A stretch of DNA of 17,253 bases from Deltaproteobacteria bacterium (GTDB lineage: Bacteria > Myxococcota_A > UBA9160 > SMWR01): positions 1-17,253 of the forward strand of contig JAQBGU010000172.1 in assembly GCA_032128375.1 (NCBI GenBank). The letters run 5' to 3'. The number at the start of each line of letters is the position of its first letter. The stretch's first letter is position 1. Below, piece by piece: positions 16,116-17,253 of this stretch. Position numbers and translations under genes: made by a program. The notes beneath the pieces are model-generated. The model worked only from the letters and a program-made list of their open reading frames with translations, was not told the DNA's origin and made no database searches.

Positions 16116-17253
16116 TTGAGATTTGGCGTTTTCTATGAAATGCAGCTCCCGAAACCGTGGAACGAAGGTGACGAGCATCGCCTCTTTCAAGAAGCCCTCG
16201 ATCAGGTCGTGCTCGCCGACCGCTTGGGGTTCGACTACGCGTGGGAGGTCGAGCACCACTTCCTCGACGAATATTCGCACTCGTCGTCACCCGAAGTATT
16301 CCTCGCCTGCGCGGCCGGTCGAACCGAGCGCATTCGCCTCGGCCACGGCATTCGCCAGGTCATCCCCAACTACAACCACCCGGCGCGCACCGCGGAAGGC
16401 CTCGCAACGCTCGACCTCGTCTCGAGCGGACGCGTCGATTTCGGAATTGGCGAGGGAGCGACGCGCCTCGAGCTCGGCGGCTTTGGCATTCCCGCGAAAG
16501 AAAAGCGCGCGATGAGCCTCGAGGCAGCCGAGCAGATCGCCAACATGATGGCACTCGATCCCTACCCCGGCTTCGAAGGGCAATACTTCTCGATGCCGTG
16601 TCGCAATGTGCTTCCCAAACCGCTGCAGAAACCGCACCCGCCGATGTGGATCGCGTGTACGAACCGCGACACGATCCGGGTGGCGGCGCGCAACGGCCTG
16701 GGCGCCCTCGCCTTCTCGTTCGTCGACCCCGAGGAGGCGAAGAACTGGTCGGAGATCTACTACGAGATCATCCGATCCGATGAGTGTGTCCCGATCGGCC
16801 ACACCGTCAATGCCAACATTGCCATGGTCTCGAACTTCTCACTTCATCACGATCGAGCCGAGGCCATCCGTCGGGGCCACGAAGGTTTCGAGTTCTTCGG
16901 TTACGCGTTGCGTGCGCTCGTCACGCACGACACCGTTCCCGGTCGCACGAATCTGTGGGAAGAATTTCAGAACCTGCGCGGAAACCGCACGGCGCAAATC
17001 GTCGAGGCGTCGCAGAACCCGACCTACCAGGCTTCCGGAATTGGGACGCCCGACGACATGCGTGCACATTTGACCGAGTATCAGGCAGCTGGGGTCGACC
17101 AGATCATCTTCATGCAGCAGGCGGGCCGCAACCGCCACGAGCACATCTGCGAATCGCTCGAAATGTTCGCAGCCGAGGTGATGGGACCTTTCGCCGCCAA
17201 GGCCGAAGCGCGTGAGCGGGCCAAAGCGGAAGAACTCGCTCCGTTCGTCGAGG
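16116..17253 (+). CDS. LLM-class (luciferase-like) flavin-dependent oxidoreductase (3'-truncated by window)
   Basis: Not in ORF track. TTG 16116 after SD GGGAG (16104-16108): MRFGVFYEMQLPKPW...ADRLGFDYAWEVEHHFLDEYSHSSSPEVFL...TERIRLGHG...HPARTAEGLATLDLVSSGRVDFGIGEG...PKPLQKPHPPMW; open to the end of the window. Confidence 0.93.
   Translation, partial: MRFGVFYEMQLPKPWNEGDEHRLFQEALDQVVLADRLGFDYAWEVEHHFLDEYSHSSSPEVFLACAAGRTERIRLGHGIRQVIPNYNHPARTAEGLATLDLVSSGRVDFGIGEGATRLELGGFGIPAKEKRAMSLEAAEQIANMMALDPYPGFEGQYFSMPCRNVLPKPLQKPHPPMWIACTNRDTIRVAARNGLGALAFSFVDPEEAKNWSEIYYEIIRSDECVPIGHTVNANIAMVSNFSLHHDRAEAIRRGHEGFEFFGYALRALVTHDTVPGRTNLWEEFQNLRGNRTAQIVEASQNPTYQASGIGTPDDMRAHLTEYQAAGVDQIIFMQQAGRNRHEHICESLEMFAAEVMGPFAAKAEARERAKAEELAPFVE

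Noticed and set aside
16074..17215. Track ORFs in this interval
   Set aside because: All are shadows or off-frame readings of the LLM gene starting at 16116.

Overview
GC-rich bacterial chromosomal window (roughly mid-60s % GC by eye) with about 15 intact or edge-truncated genes and two to three gene remnants. The left half resembles actinobacterial steroid/lipid catabolism: a FadA5-like steroid thiolase (cut by the window start), an NTF2/SnoaL-fold protein, an SDR, an acyl-CoA ligase lacking the usual A10 lysine, a membrane-anchored SGNH protein, and a co-oriented run of split xdhC, aldo/keto reductase and a Delta4-(5alpha)-3-ketosteroid dehydrogenase homologue. The right half holds mtgA, a TetR regulator, two GT-C-type membrane proteins (YfhO-like and TMTC-like/TPR), a secreted cupin and an LLM oxidoreductase (cut by the window end). 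Features missing from the ORF track: (i) a cytochrome P450 reduced to its N- and C-terminal ends by one internal deletion, still preceded by a TetR-type palindrome; (ii) a frameshifted amidohydrolase 3' remnant next to a perfect 21-bp duplication; (iii) several intergenic tandem micro-repeats; (iv) a 15-codon uORF coupled to tetR; (v) probable leaderless genes. No RNA genes, CRISPR array or mobile element were found. Family calls come from recalled motifs, not database searches.
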